From assembly GCF_030684315.1 (NCBI RefSeq), contig NC_081370.1, positions 5,283,879-5,347,878 of the forward strand: DNA of 64,000 bases. Reading direction: 5' to 3'. Source of the DNA: Stegostoma tigrinum. Taxonomy: Eukaryota. The notes under the pieces were generated by a model. The model made no database searches and was not told the origin of the DNA. It was given only the letters and a program-made list of their open reading frames with translations. Shown piece by piece: positions 12,781 to 24,383 of this stretch. The position numbers were made by a program, and so were the translations under genes. The stretch's first letter is position 1; each line of letters begins with the position of its first letter.

Positions 12781-14250
12781 CTGCTTGGCCTGCTGTGTTC
12801 ATCCAGCTCCACACTTTGTTATCTCGGATTCTCCAGCATTTGCAGTTCTCATTATCTCTGGAACAAGAAAGCCGTTGTTTTGAGTCAGGACCCTTCTTCA
12901 GAAATGGGGGATGGGGAAGGGAGCTGTGAAATAAAGAGAAAGAGAAGGGGTGGGACTGGAGAAGGCAGGTGGGACTGTGATAGGTAAGTTCAGGTGGGGA
13001 TCAGTCAGTGAGGTAGGAGGAGTGGATACGTGGGAGACAAGATGGACAGGTTGTGTCAGGTCAAGGAGGTGGGGATGAGAGGGATGGTTGCTTATGGTGT
13101 GGCAGAGATTTTGAAACTAGTAAAGCCCACATTGAGGCCATTGGGTCATCAGCTCCCAAGGAAGAACATGGGGTGCTGCTCCTCCATCTTCCGGGTGGTA
13201 TCATTGTGACACTGGAGGAGGCCCACGATGGGCAGGGAGTGGGAGGGGAAGTTGAATTGTTTAGCTCCTGGGAGTTGTTGTCGTTTGTCGTGAACCAAGC
13301 GTACGTGCTCCACAAAGCGGTCTCCGAGCCCCCGCTTGGTCTCCCCGGTGTACGGGAGGCCACATCGCGAACAACGCATACGATATACGACATTGGCAGA
13401 TGTGCAGGTGAACATCTGTTAAATGTGGAAGCTGTTTTTGGGTCGTGGGATGGAGGTGAGGGGGAGGTGTAGGGGCAAATATAGCACTTCCAGCGGTTGC
13501 AGGGAAAGGTGCTAGGGAGCGGACGAGGGAGTCACGGAGACAGCGGTCCCTATGGAAGGCAGATGGGGGCGGGGAGGGAAATATATCCTCGATTATGGGG
13601 TCAGGTTGCAGGTGGTGGATACACTGAATCCAGAGAGGAGTGAGGTGATACGCAAGGACAAGGGGGAATTCTGTTTTTGTTACAGGAGAGGATGTAAGGG
13701 CAGGGGTACGAGAAATGCAAGAGATGTGGTCAAGAGTACTTTTGACAACTGAAGGGGGGGTTGCAGTCCTTGAAATAAGAGGACATCTGGGATGTTCAGG
13801 AGTAGACTGCCCCGTCTTGGGAGCAGACACAGCGGAGGAATTTGGAGTCGGGGTTTACATTCTTGCAGGAAGGTGGATGAGGAGGCGTAGTCGAGATAGC
13901 AGTGGGAGTCCATGGGCTTGAAACGGATACGGGTTGAGGCAGTCACCAGAGAGGCATCAGAGATCGTCCAGGTGAAATTGATGTTGGGGTGAAAGGTGTT
14001 AGTACCGTTGATGAACTGTTCAACCTCCTCATGGGCCTCATCCCATGACCAGTTTTCCCTCAAGCCCACCTCTTGACATAACACAACCTGCCTGCTCCTT
14101 CACCCTACTGACCAATCCCCACCTGCACTCATCTATCACTATTCCACCTACTTTCCCTAGCCCCATCACTAATTGTTTCAGAGCTCCCTTCCCCCTCCCC
14201 CATTTCTGAAGGTACCCAACACGAAATGGCAGCTTTCTTGTTCCTCTGAT
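12781..14250 (-). mobile_element. Penelope-like element, degenerate (RT thumb and GIY-YIG) with inverted terminal pieces
   Basis: FTCTSANVVYRMRCSRCGLPYTGETKRGLGDRFVEH (GIY-YIG endonuclease) and FINGTNTFHPNINFTWTISD (PLE RT C-terminus). Confidence 0.85.
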
Positions 14251-15888
14251 ACGGCCACACTTATGTCCAATACTTACAGCTTCAAAAACAAGTTCTCACC
14301 ATAAATCCAAAGATATGAATTTGACTCCATGAATTCTGATCTGGGTTTGCAATATATTATAGACATTGGGAAACTTTAAGTTTCCCAAATTGCGTAAAGA
14401 TAAGTTTGGCTACTTAATGGGATCAGCATGCTGTTTGGGCCATTGACCTTAAAGTCAGTTTTTTGAAGCAAGTATTGGCTCAAGTTAAAATAGTTTGATT
14501 AGCAAGCTGGGAAGTTAATTGAATTGTTCAAAAAAATCGAAACTTTGCAACATGCAGGAAAAAAAGAGAGATGACTTCAAGCCACTCAAAAATCAGAAAA
14601 ATACACCAGCAAAGCACCAACTTTTACAGAAGTCTTCAGGCTCAGAAGTAATCTTTAGCTTTTTAAAGAATTCCTAGGACAATATCCAAAAGACATCACT
14701 TTTCAAGGTTTAGGCAGCAAGGCATTGGGACATTGAGACATGTCTCAATCAGTGAGGGAGCAAAGCATACATAGTGAAAATAGTAAAAGTCACCAAAAGG
14801 GAATACACAGCCTCATTCATTAAATGTGGAATTAAAGAATGAATGTACAAGTGATACTTGACTGGAGTTGTGTCATAAAGGATGTTTTAAGAAAAAATGA
14901 ATTATTTTTGTAATGGAAGATCTTTTAAAAACTGTCATATCCAGAGCCATATAGTATTTTGGACAGGTAATACATAATTGTTTAGCATTACAACTTCTCA
15001 ATGTATTCTTATCACAACCACCGAAATCAAACTGCAAAAATACAAGTTCATCTTTCTGGGATCTTCCTTGTTGATTATTACCATCAACTGCAGACAAAAG
15101 GAACACTTCCAGAAGACCTGGCACAATGTCAGTGCTACTGCTCCATAGAAATCTCCTAACTGAAATTTATTAAATTTCACTTGACTCAGGCACACAACCC
15201 CATGCTGTATATCTGTACAATGTCATGATTCCTATCTTCATTAGCTGGTGGAAAAAGGTGCAGAATACAGGGAAATTCTTAAGAAGCAGCAACCTTTAGT
15301 TACTTCATATCAATTTAACTTCCTTTGAGAACCTGGCAGGAGATTTTAAAATAGTACTCCAATTAACAGCTCCACAAAGCCAGATTCTCTCTCAACTATC
15401 GATACTAGTCACTAAGATCGAAAGTGATACTTGATCCAACTACAACATCCCATTCATGCTGCCCAGTTGTGATCAACACAATTGAATAGAAATTAAGCCT
15501 AAAATGAGATTTATAGATCCTGGTACATACAATTTTCCCATAAGTAGACCATTGAGATTCAAATGGTGAAATTTAGGCAGTGCATGTTGAGCAAATTCAT
15601 AGACTCGTTTCTGGTTTTAGATCCCTCCTCTGGCTTGGAAAATAAAGAAACAGAGAAGGAAGTGGGACAAGGGGAACAGCTTCTTTGGATAGCCAATATT
15701 TGCCAGAAGCCACTTTCAACCCTCACATTTAGTTTCTAGGGCTGCACACAAACCCTATGTGGCAACTCTGGCCAATAAGCTTGAGCACATCAGTGTTCCA
15801 TTTGTACTTTATTGCTTGCTTGCTGGTTTGCACATAATCCCATATTAAATAATCACTTGACAAAACCATCCATTAGAATACAGAAAAG

Positions 15889-15894
15889 TTTATT
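15889..15894 (-). terminator. RPLP2: RPLP2 polyadenylation signal AATAAA
   Basis: tttatt on plus, 15 nt past the stop codon; short 3' UTR typical of ribosomal protein genes. Confidence 0.85.
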
Positions 15895-15909
15895 TTAAGA
15901 GTTTTGAAT

Positions 15910-15986
15910 CTAGTCAAAGAGACCAAAGCCCATGTCATCATCTGATTCTTCAGATTCTTCTTTCTTCTCTTCCTTCTTTTCTTCAG
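15910..15986 (-). CDS. RPLP2: 60S acidic ribosomal protein P2, exon 5
   Basis: (A)EEKKEEKKEESEESDDDMGFGLFD*, the diagnostic P-protein C-terminus; acceptor atcag|; TAG at 15912-15910. Confidence 0.98.
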
Positions 15987-16735
15987 CTGATCATAACAAA
16001 ATTAGAGTTAAAACCAAGTTGTTCATTTCAATGTGATTATGTGTCAGATTGAATACTCACGCATAAAGAAATAAACAAAAAACAAACTTCAACTCAAATA
16101 ATGATTGAATGTTTTGGAAGTAACTCACTACAATGTTGGTAATCAGCTCAGCATTGCCTTTTAGGGCCAAGTGACATGCTGCAGTGGTATTAGTTACCAA
16201 AGACAGTCACTCATCTCAAATGGCTATTCTGAAGTGTCTCCAATTCCTAACTGTATGAGAGAGTGTTACAAACAGTTCACACCAGTGCATAACAATACGT
16301 AGCATTGTCAAAGTAAGCAAATTTATGAAATGCTGCTGATACCCAACCAGACCCAAAAGTGGCAATGCTGATGCTCAAACAGGCTGACACCAAACTTGTA
16401 AACCCACACCTACCATGCACTATGTATCAGAATAAGGATGACAATATTTAACTACTAACATTGAGAATCCTCACTTAGCACTTTTCTTATTTAAAAGACC
16501 CATAAGTAAAACAAGCCCCACTCCAAAATATGACACACAAAGATGAACAAAATCCTGTTAATGCTGGCACACCCATGGCATTTCCCACACTGCTCTGCCA
16601 GTTGCATATTTATACAGCTGCACATTAACTAGTGCATGAAATTTGACTGCACACTTGCATTTTGAATCCGAATCGTCTATACAAACCGGCAGAAGTAGGC
16701 AAGACTATCCAAACAACAAGACAATGAGCACTTAC

Positions 16736-16822
16736 CAACAGCTGCTGCAGCTGGAGCAGCACCAACTGTGGCAGCAGCAGTTGCGACCCCACCAGCTGGG
16801 ACACTTGCAAGTTTGGCATTGC
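16736..16822 (-). CDS. RPLP2: RPLP2 exon 4 (Ala-rich hinge)
   Basis: (G)NAKLASVPAGGVATAAATVGAAPAAAAV; tttag| acceptor and |gtaagt donor; 87 nt, phase 1-1. Confidence 0.96.
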
Positions 16823-17689
16823 CTAAACACAAATTAATTAGTTAACACAACACTGCAGTACACTTTATTGCGCAACCCCCACATCCTGCCCCACACCACT
16901 ACCAGAGACACCAAAAGCTGCATCTCCAACACAGCCTCACAAAGATAAGTTTGCTCCCACAAACAACAATAGAGTGGGACAGAGAAAGAAAAGGGAGAAG
17001 CTAAATTTTAAAAAGTTGGGAGTTGGGATGGTTGTGTTACAGGTAGTTTCTCTGGATGGAAGCAAATAGGAAATTGCAGTTTTCACAGCTGTGGACAGGC
17101 AGGAATAACAGTACAGTCTTTATATTCCCTAGGAGAACACAAAGAAAGGAAACATTCGAAAATTAAGCTTTGGCTTTTTCCATTCTGACATTAAGATAGC
17201 CATAGCTATAAAACTAGGCTTTGTCCAAGACTAAGAGGAGAAATTCTTCACCCCCCCAAAAAAATCACAAATGTTTGGAATTCTCAATTTCAGAGCTCAT
17301 CTGATGCGTATAGTTAAAACAGAGTGGGGGAAAAGTGAATTGCAGCCACAATACTAAAATTTAGAGCTCACTTCATGTACCTACTCCTATTTTTATTTGG
17401 CAAGTTTTTTTTATTTTTGGGTTAACGTAAGTTCTGGGGAACAGATTTCTCCCCCTTTGCAGTTTTAAAATCAAAGAACACCCATCACATTTAATTCCAT
17501 TATGATTTGTAGCACCTATCTTCTCGGTAAAGAATTCAAATATCTCATCAGATTTCCATTATTCCCCTTGCACGTCTCATCCCAACTGTCTTGTTTCATA
17601 TTACTATTACACAATGACCTGGAATCTTCCAGCAAAAGCATAAATCAAAAGAATACTTGTCCAAACATTAAAAACTGAACATCACATAA

Positions 17690-18020
17690 GCCTGGGCACC
17701 ACAACAGCATACTTGCTTCTAAGACAGGACATAAACATAACTGGGGTGCTTTCTTTTGGAAGAAAGATTTAACCAGGCTCCATTCTACTCCCTGAGATGT
17801 GAGCATGAAAAGATCCCAAGACACTAAGTGTGTATGCCCCATGCGTTTAATCAACAGCCATCTTCCTAACAGCAGACAAAAACAGACCATCAGGCCATTT
17901 TCACTTCCACTTGGGAAACCTTGTTACATACAAACTAACTACTTTAATACACTGCAGTGACCGACCTTGGCTGTCTGTAGTAGTTAGTGGTGTTGTGGGG
18001 ATGTGAAAGGCACTTTCTGA
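17690..18020 (+). mobile_element. Degenerate Deu-domain SINE
   Basis: aaagatccca and gggatgtgaaaggcact blocks resemble the DeuSINE core and tail; opposite orientation to the 170-520 copy. Confidence 0.4.
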
Positions 18021-18028
18021 TCCAACAT

Positions 18029-18333
18029 GGGGCGGCATGGCGGCTCAGTGGTTAGCACTGCAGCCTCACAGCACAAGGGGCTGAGGTTCAATTCCAGCCT
18101 TGGGTGGCCGTCTGTGTGGAATTTGCATTCTCCCCAAGTCTGCGTGGGTTTCCACCCACACTCCAAAACATGCAGGCTTGGTGGATTGGCCATGAAAAAT
18201 TTCCCATCATGTTGAGGGCGGTGTACATTAGGTGGGTTACAGGGGGACGGGGCTGCATGGGATGCTCTAAGAGACAGTGTGGGCTTGTTGGGCCGAAGGG
18301 CCTGTTTCCACGCTGTAGGGATTCTGTGATTCT
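18029..18333 (+). mobile_element. HE1-type V-SINE
   Basis: ggggcggcatggcggctcagtggttagcactg head, B box, V-domain and gggattctgtgattct tail. Confidence 0.88.
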
Positions 18334-19619
18334 TTAAGAATAATTATGCATGACTAGCAATAAAGCACAATGACATTCAAGGGAAATAAACAAGCAGTGT
18401 TGGATGTATGGGTGCACCCATAAACAGGGCAGACAACAAAAGCCATGAATATACCAACTAACAAATAATCTCAGAAGCAAAACTATTGCTTTGCAACAAA
18501 TGAAACACCAAAAAGTGCTGTCACGATTGTAACAAAGAAAACAAACAAACAGACACCCAAAAATCCTACTAAGCTGTCGATTAAATAAGGCATTCTACAT
18601 ATGCTGGCTGAGGATGCCAAGGGAATTCTCCCAGGTCTGACTATTGCTATAGGATCAGTGCCCACTTGAGGGAACAGATACAGCCTTGGTTGACATCTTG
18701 AGAGATGCATTCCATATATTTGTATTTCAGCCACAATAGCATGCTTAATTCTGGGGTTTAATCTACACTTGAATCCAGAATACATCACTATACCAAGGCT
18801 GACCATTGTATCTAATTCTCAGTTGACATTTAACAGAAATTAACCCAAATATTTCAACTGTTTATAAACAAGTGAAGCTTGAAGGAGCAACACCAAAGCC
18901 CTCCCAGTCTGAAAACCTAACACTTACACTGAGCTTTTGTTGGATCAAAAACTTTGCACCCTTAATTCCAGCATGTCTTCAAGCCCACAGCTGTCAATTT
19001 TGCAAACCAGTCTACTACGAGGTGCTGTATCACGTGAGTTTAACTTTCTCCCCACACAAACAGCATTCTCACCAACATCCTCCATCATGGCACAGCAATC
19101 AGGTAGGATCATATTTCAAAATTTTAGGTCCTCTCCCACAAAGCCCTCACTCAAAGATCACACTAGATAGCTGGTGCAACTGTGGTAACAATTTCAATCT
19201 CACTTCCTGGCTGAAAAGATCCATCTCTTTAGTATTTGTGACAACCAAGACCATGTGACTTCCATTTCATCACCACCTCAGGGCACAACAACAACAAAAT
19301 TGATTTTGCATTGAATACAGCTCAATTTGGCAATAGTACTGAAAAAAAAAATCAGTTCATCTTGCTATATTCTCCTTAACTTGCACTCTGCTCTTTCTAG
19401 AATAAGATCAAGCCCGACAAACCGTACTTTATGCTTTCCTCTAGATTTCCAGCTTTTAAGTGTACTGATCAGTTATGTGAAGAATAACCTATTTTTCACT
19501 ATTAGTACCCTGACAGAAAATTATGACAGTATGCTTTGGAATAGGGATAAAGTAGTGTGGGGTATGTCCTTTCAGTTGTTGAGTGTTATCTGCATAAAGA
19601 TGTCATAAATCAAAGCTTT

Positions 19620-19865
19620 TAGAGCCATACAACACAGAAATACACTCAGTCCTATTTGTCCATGCTGACCAGGCATTATAAACTGATCTACTCCCATTTG
19701 CCCATTTTTGGCCCATACTCCTCTAAACTTTTCCTATTCACGTACCCATAAAAATGTTTGTTAAATGTTGTAATTGTACCAGCCTCTTCCATTTCCTCGC
19801 AGCTCCTTGCATACACATACAGCCCTCATGAAAGTTACTGTTCACGCCCCTTTCAAATCACTCCC
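19620..19865 (-). mobile_element. CR1 LINE 3' end fragment
   Basis: Reverse complement similar to the 3' part of the 2830-3205 copy (aatgggagtagatcagttta, gcatggacaaatag). Confidence 0.65.
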
Positions 19866-19994
19866 TTGAAGTCCATGGAGCAAAATTCACAACACTGCAA
19901 TTTCAGATTACGAGCTGAACTATGAGTTCTACCAAATCCTGGCACCTTTACATCCGTAAAAACGCCAGCTTCTGTTAATGTCAGACAACAAGTA

Positions 19995-20293
19995 AGGCGG
20001 CAGAGTGGCTCAGTGGTTAGCACTGCAGCCTCACAGCGCCAGGGACCCGGGTTTGATTCCAGACTCAGCTAACTGTGCGGAGTTTGCACATTCTCCCTGT
20101 GTCTGCGTGGGTTTCCTCCGGGTGCTCCGGTTTCCTCCCACAGTCCAAAGGTGTGCAGGTTAGGTGGATCAGCCATGCTAAATTGCCTAGAGTGTTCAGG
20201 GGTGTGCGGATTATAGGGGGATGGGATGCTTCAAGGGGCGGTGTGGACTTGTTGGGCCGAAGGGCCTGTTTCCACACTGTAGGTAATCTAATC
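19995..20293 (+). mobile_element. HE1-type V-SINE (well preserved)
   Basis: A box TGGCTCAGTGG, B box GGTTTGATTCC, V-domain and taatctaatct tail. Confidence 0.9.
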
Positions 20294-20853
20294 TAAAAAA
20301 AACAAAATCAAGACAATAGAAGGACAAGTAACTTAAGAAATAGCTTATAAAAGGTCAAGAGGTTAAAAAGATGACAGAGTTAAGGCCCTGGCAGCTGTCA
20401 AACACAGTCAATGGTGGAATGATGGAAATTGGAGTTTCACAAGCTGTTAGAATTGACAGAACACAAAAATCTTGTTCAGTGTTTGGGCTAGAGGAGGTAG
20501 CCGTTAGGGATTGTTCATGCCACAGATCTGAAAACACGAGAATTTTGAGCATTTCCAAAATGAGATGTAAAGGAGATCAAGAGGCACAGCAAGTGACTGG
20601 AGAAAATGGATTGGCCACAAGTTGAATTTGAAATGTTACCTTCACTTGAGCCTTAATCAAGTTACAGCAGGGCAAAGAGCCCCTTGGTTCAGTAATGGTG
20701 AGATTGCATCTACACTTTCACTAGTGACATTTGTTATGTTATTTTTCACCTCGGTGAAAGTTATGTGCTTACTTAGCAAACCCTCTGGCATTACCTCCAC
20801 AATGATAATGAATCTACTTTGGTAAGATCCACATGTTAAACAAGGTTACTCAC

Positions 20854-20902
20854 CAGCAGCAATGACATCATCTACATTCTTGCCTTTCAACTCACTGATG
20901 AC
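20854..20902 (-). CDS. RPLP2: RPLP2 exon 3
   Basis: VISELKGKNVDDVIAA(G); tttcag| and |gtgagt; 49 nt. Confidence 0.97.
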
Positions 20903-20988
20903 CTGAAATTCAATTAGAATATTAACATTGTTAGAAAAGAGGAAATGCAGCCAATTTCAGCATGCATGTATTCAGAAAGGTACAATAC

Positions 20989-21111
20989 CTTATTCAGTCG
21001 CTCATCATCAGCTTCAATGCCAACACTGTCTAAAATCTTCTTGATGTCCTTTGAAGATGGGGAGGCATTTCCACCCAATACAGCAAGGAGGTAAGCTGCG
21101 ACGTAACGCAT
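20989..21111 (-). CDS. RPLP2: RPLP2 exon 2, coding part with start codon
   Basis: [41 protein letters not shown]; ttttttag|aATG; donor AAG|gtattg. The four coding exons total 336 nt = 111 aa plus stop. Confidence 0.98.
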
Positions 21112-22640
21112 TCTAAAAAAGGAAGAATTTAGCTTCAATTATACTTGTGTATAAAAATTCTTGGAAAAAAAAAGTGTTTTGATTCCTGCCAAGAGCACAA
21201 ACTCCTGATTTCTTTTTCCATTTTGGTTTCCATGGTTTAGCCTTGTTAAAACAAACTTCCATCTATTTGCTAATTCAATTTTTTCTTTTTTTATGCCCTA
21301 ACTCTCCCTTAGCCAGACAGCACTCAGGCCTAACTCCGTAAACACTAGTTAACCTCGCCATACAGGAAATCATACTGGGCTCATACACATTTCCAGAAAC
21401 AGGTACTGTGACAAAATTCAGCAATACACAAATAGTTAGTGAGACCTTAGGCATCATCTTTCTTCTCAGAAGAGCACATACTCAACAATTCATGACCAAT
21501 GTCAGTTTTGCTGTTGGGTCCTCTATATTAAATTCAAAACCACATTAAGGCATCATGAGAGACTTGCACCCAGAACCAATGCCACAAAAATTTGCCCACA
21601 AGTCAGCCAGTGCTAAGATGTCACAAAAGCAGGATAAATCCAGACAGATGGGTTAATTTTTCACCTTTAGATATCAAAGCACTGAAGCCTGCTCAAATTG
21701 TTTCCTCCTCTCGATTTATACTTATTTACTCAGTGAGCATCAGGCAAAGTTAACCTAATTATCAAGCTACCACTACCAAAAGTAGTTAATACAGGTGAAT
21801 TGGTGCACAAACCTAAGAAATCTATCAAATAACATCTTTGGGATAAAGCAGAGAATATAATCAGGGATTTGTTTTTAAATTTCATCCGACAAAACAGAGA
21901 GAAAGGGCTGTTCAGTTGAGGTGGAAGAGGCACAGGGAGGAAGATGTCAAGCGTAATTAGCCTAACAAGCATTTTCACGTTGCATACGCGGACGTGTAAA
22001 ATGGTTCTCTAGCAGCGTGTTGAAAAGCGGTTGTAAGATTTGTTGTAAACTACGTTATCTGCTTCATTGCTCTCCAGCCCACAGCTCCGATTTCAAACAG
22101 GCATTCAAGTCACTAAGCAATCCATTACGTGTTGGCAGAAGTCAAACTGCTTGTCCATACCCAAGAAATTGTGGACAGAAAGCAGCAAACGTGCGGCTTT
22201 ACAACTTGAGGAACATCTTGCAATAGCCTCCAACTCAATCTGAACACTTCCAAGCTGCGCTGAACGGAAGACTACTTTACATGAGTGAGCACCTACCGAG
22301 GCGAGAGAGAATAGTCTGCAAAGGGGAGGCTGCTACTGGAATGGTGCTTTTGCAGCCAACATTGCCTGGAGCCGGCCCTGTGGAACGCGGGCGCTGCCAA
22401 CATTCGGAAAGCGAACGCGGCAGCGTCACAATTGAGAAGGCTCACAAGCACGTGGAGGCCGCGCGGCCTTCACTTCCGGCCGAACCCCCTTTGCCCTTCG
22501 GTGCTCGGTAGCCCTCCGTCAACGAGGCCAGGGCGGCACCGGCGGCGAGGAGAGAAAGAACACGGCTGCCGCTCGAGCCCCTGGTCCGGTAAAATAAAGG
22601 GCGGGGCGGGGGCAAAAACGGGGAAATGCGGCGAACTCAC

Positions 22641-22726
22641 CTGGCGAGCTGGGTGAGGCGCTTGGGAGTGGAGCAGGCCTAGCCTCTGATAACTCCTCAC
22701 GCACTGGGCGCCGGACTGTAAAAGAG
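22641..22726 (-). other. RPLP2: RPLP2 non-coding exon 1 with 5'TOP start
   Basis: Begins at CTCTTTT (22726-22720), ends CAG|GTGAGT, lies in a CpG-rich island; splicing gives the context gccagaATG. Confidence 0.85.
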
Positions 22727-22860
22727 CGAGCCTCGTCCCGACTCTCAGACATAATAAACATGCGCCGGCACGCTCCATTATCATTGGATGCGCTGAGCCA
22801 GGGGCGGGCCAATGGGGACAGCTGTGTGAATAACCCTCCATCTCATTGGTCACAAGTTCT
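22727..22860 (-). promoter_or_regulatory. RPLP2 core promoter (CCAAT boxes and GC box)
   Basis: ATTGG at about 22783 and 22846, GGGGCGGGCCAAT at 22801-22813; further GC boxes (about 22599-22612) and ETS CACTTCCGG (22471-22479) in intron 1. Confidence 0.7.
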
Positions 22861-23002
22861 GGTAAGCGTTGTAAGGCTGCAGTGAGGATCAGCGTCTGGA
22901 ATCTGAGATAATGGGAACTGCAGATGCTGGAGAATTCCAAGATAATCAAATGTGAGGCTGGATGAACACAGCAGGCCAAGCAGCATCTCAGGAGCACAAA
23001 AG

Positions 23003-23032
23003 CTGACGTTTCGGGCCTAGACCCTTCATCAG
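23003..23032 (-). ncRNA. Minimal type I hammerhead ribozyme motif (PLE-associated)
   Basis: CTGATGA-a-GGGtctaggCCC-GAAAC-GTC-ag: CUGANGA and GAAA cores, stem II, palindromic ACGT stem III and GUC cleavage triplet; stem I only about 2 bp. Confidence 0.75.
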
Positions 23033-24353
23033 AGAGGGGGATGGGGAGAGGGAACTGGAATAAATAGGGAGAGAGGGGGAGGCGGACCGAAGATGGAGAG
23101 TAAAGAAGATAGGTGGAGAGTGAAGGTGGGGAGGTAGGGAGGGGATAGGTCAGTCCAGGGAAGACGTACAGGTCAAGGAGGTGGGATGAGGTTAGTAGGT
23201 AGATGGGGGTGCGGCTTGGTGTGGGAGGAAGGGATGGGTGAGAGGAAGAACCGGTTAGGGAGGCAGAGACAGGTTGGACTGGTTTTGGGATGCAGTGGGT
23301 GGGGGGGGGGGGGGGGGGGGGGAAGAGCTGGGCTGGTTGTGTGGTGCAGTGGGGGGAGGGGACGAACTAGGCTGGTTTAGGGATGCAGTAGGGGAAGGGG
23401 AGATTTTGAAACTGGTGAAGTCCACATTGATACCATATGGCTGCAGGGTTCCCAGGCAGAATATGAGTTGCTGTTCCTGCAACCTTCGGGTGGCATCATT
23501 GTGGCAGTGCAGGAGGCCCATGATGGACATGTCATCTAGAGAATGGGAGGGGGAGTGGAAATGGTTTGCGACTGGGAGGTGCAGTTGTTTGTTGCGAACT
23601 GAGCGGAGGTGTTCTGCAAAGCGGTCTCCAAGCCTCCGCTTGGTTTCCCCAATGTAGAGGAAGCCGCACCGGGTACAATGGATGCAGTATACCACATTGG
23701 CAGATGTGCAGGTGAACCTCTGCTTAATGTGGAATGTCATCTTGGCGATAGGGGTGAGGGAGGTGGTGTGGGGACTAGTGTAGCATTTCCTGCGGTTGCA
23801 GGGGAAGTTGCCGGGTGTGGTGGGGTTGGAGGGCAGTGTGGAGTGAACAAGGGAGTCACGGAGAGAGTGGTCTCTCCGGAAAGCAGACAGGGGAGGGGAT
23901 GGAAAAATGTCTTGGGTGGTGGGGTCAGATTGTAAATGGCGGAAGTGTCAGAGGATGATGCGTTGTATCCGGAGGTTGGTAGGGTGGTGTGTGAGAACGA
24001 GGGGGATCCTCTTAGGGCAGTTGTGGCGGGGGCGGGGTGTGAGGGATGTGTTGCGGGAAATACGGGAGACGCGGTCAAGGGCGTTCTCGCTCACTGTGGG
24101 GGGAAAGTTGCGGTCCTTAAAGAACTTGGACATCTGGGACGTCTTATCGTGGGAGCAGATGCGGCGGAGGCGGAGGAATTGGGAATAGGGGATGGAATTT
24201 TTGCAGGAGGGTGGGTGGGAGAAGGTGTATTCTAGGTAGCTGTGTGAGTCGGTTGGCTTGAAATGGACATCAGTTACAAGCTGGTTGCCCGAGATGGAGA
24301 CTGAGAGGTCCAGGAAGGTGAGGGATTCCAGCTCCCTCTCCCCATCCCCCTCT

Positions 24354-24383
24354 CTGATGAAGGGTCTAGGCCCGAAACGTCAG
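24354..24383 (+). ncRNA. Minimal type I hammerhead ribozyme motif (inverted pLTR copy)
   Basis: ctgatgaagggtctaggcccgaaacgtcag, identical to the 23003-23032 copy. Confidence 0.75.

Noticed and set aside
21410-21560. Two ATGATG...CTGA arrangements on minus in RPLP2 intron 1 as C/D snoRNAs
   Set aside because: C boxes read ATGATGC rather than RTGATGA, terminal stems are unconvincing, and no rRNA antisense element was recognised.
23301-23322. 22-nt poly-G run as a functional G-quadruplex
   Set aside because: It lies in the PLE tandem-repeat tail where neighbouring units have short G tracts; likely slippage or homopolymer error.
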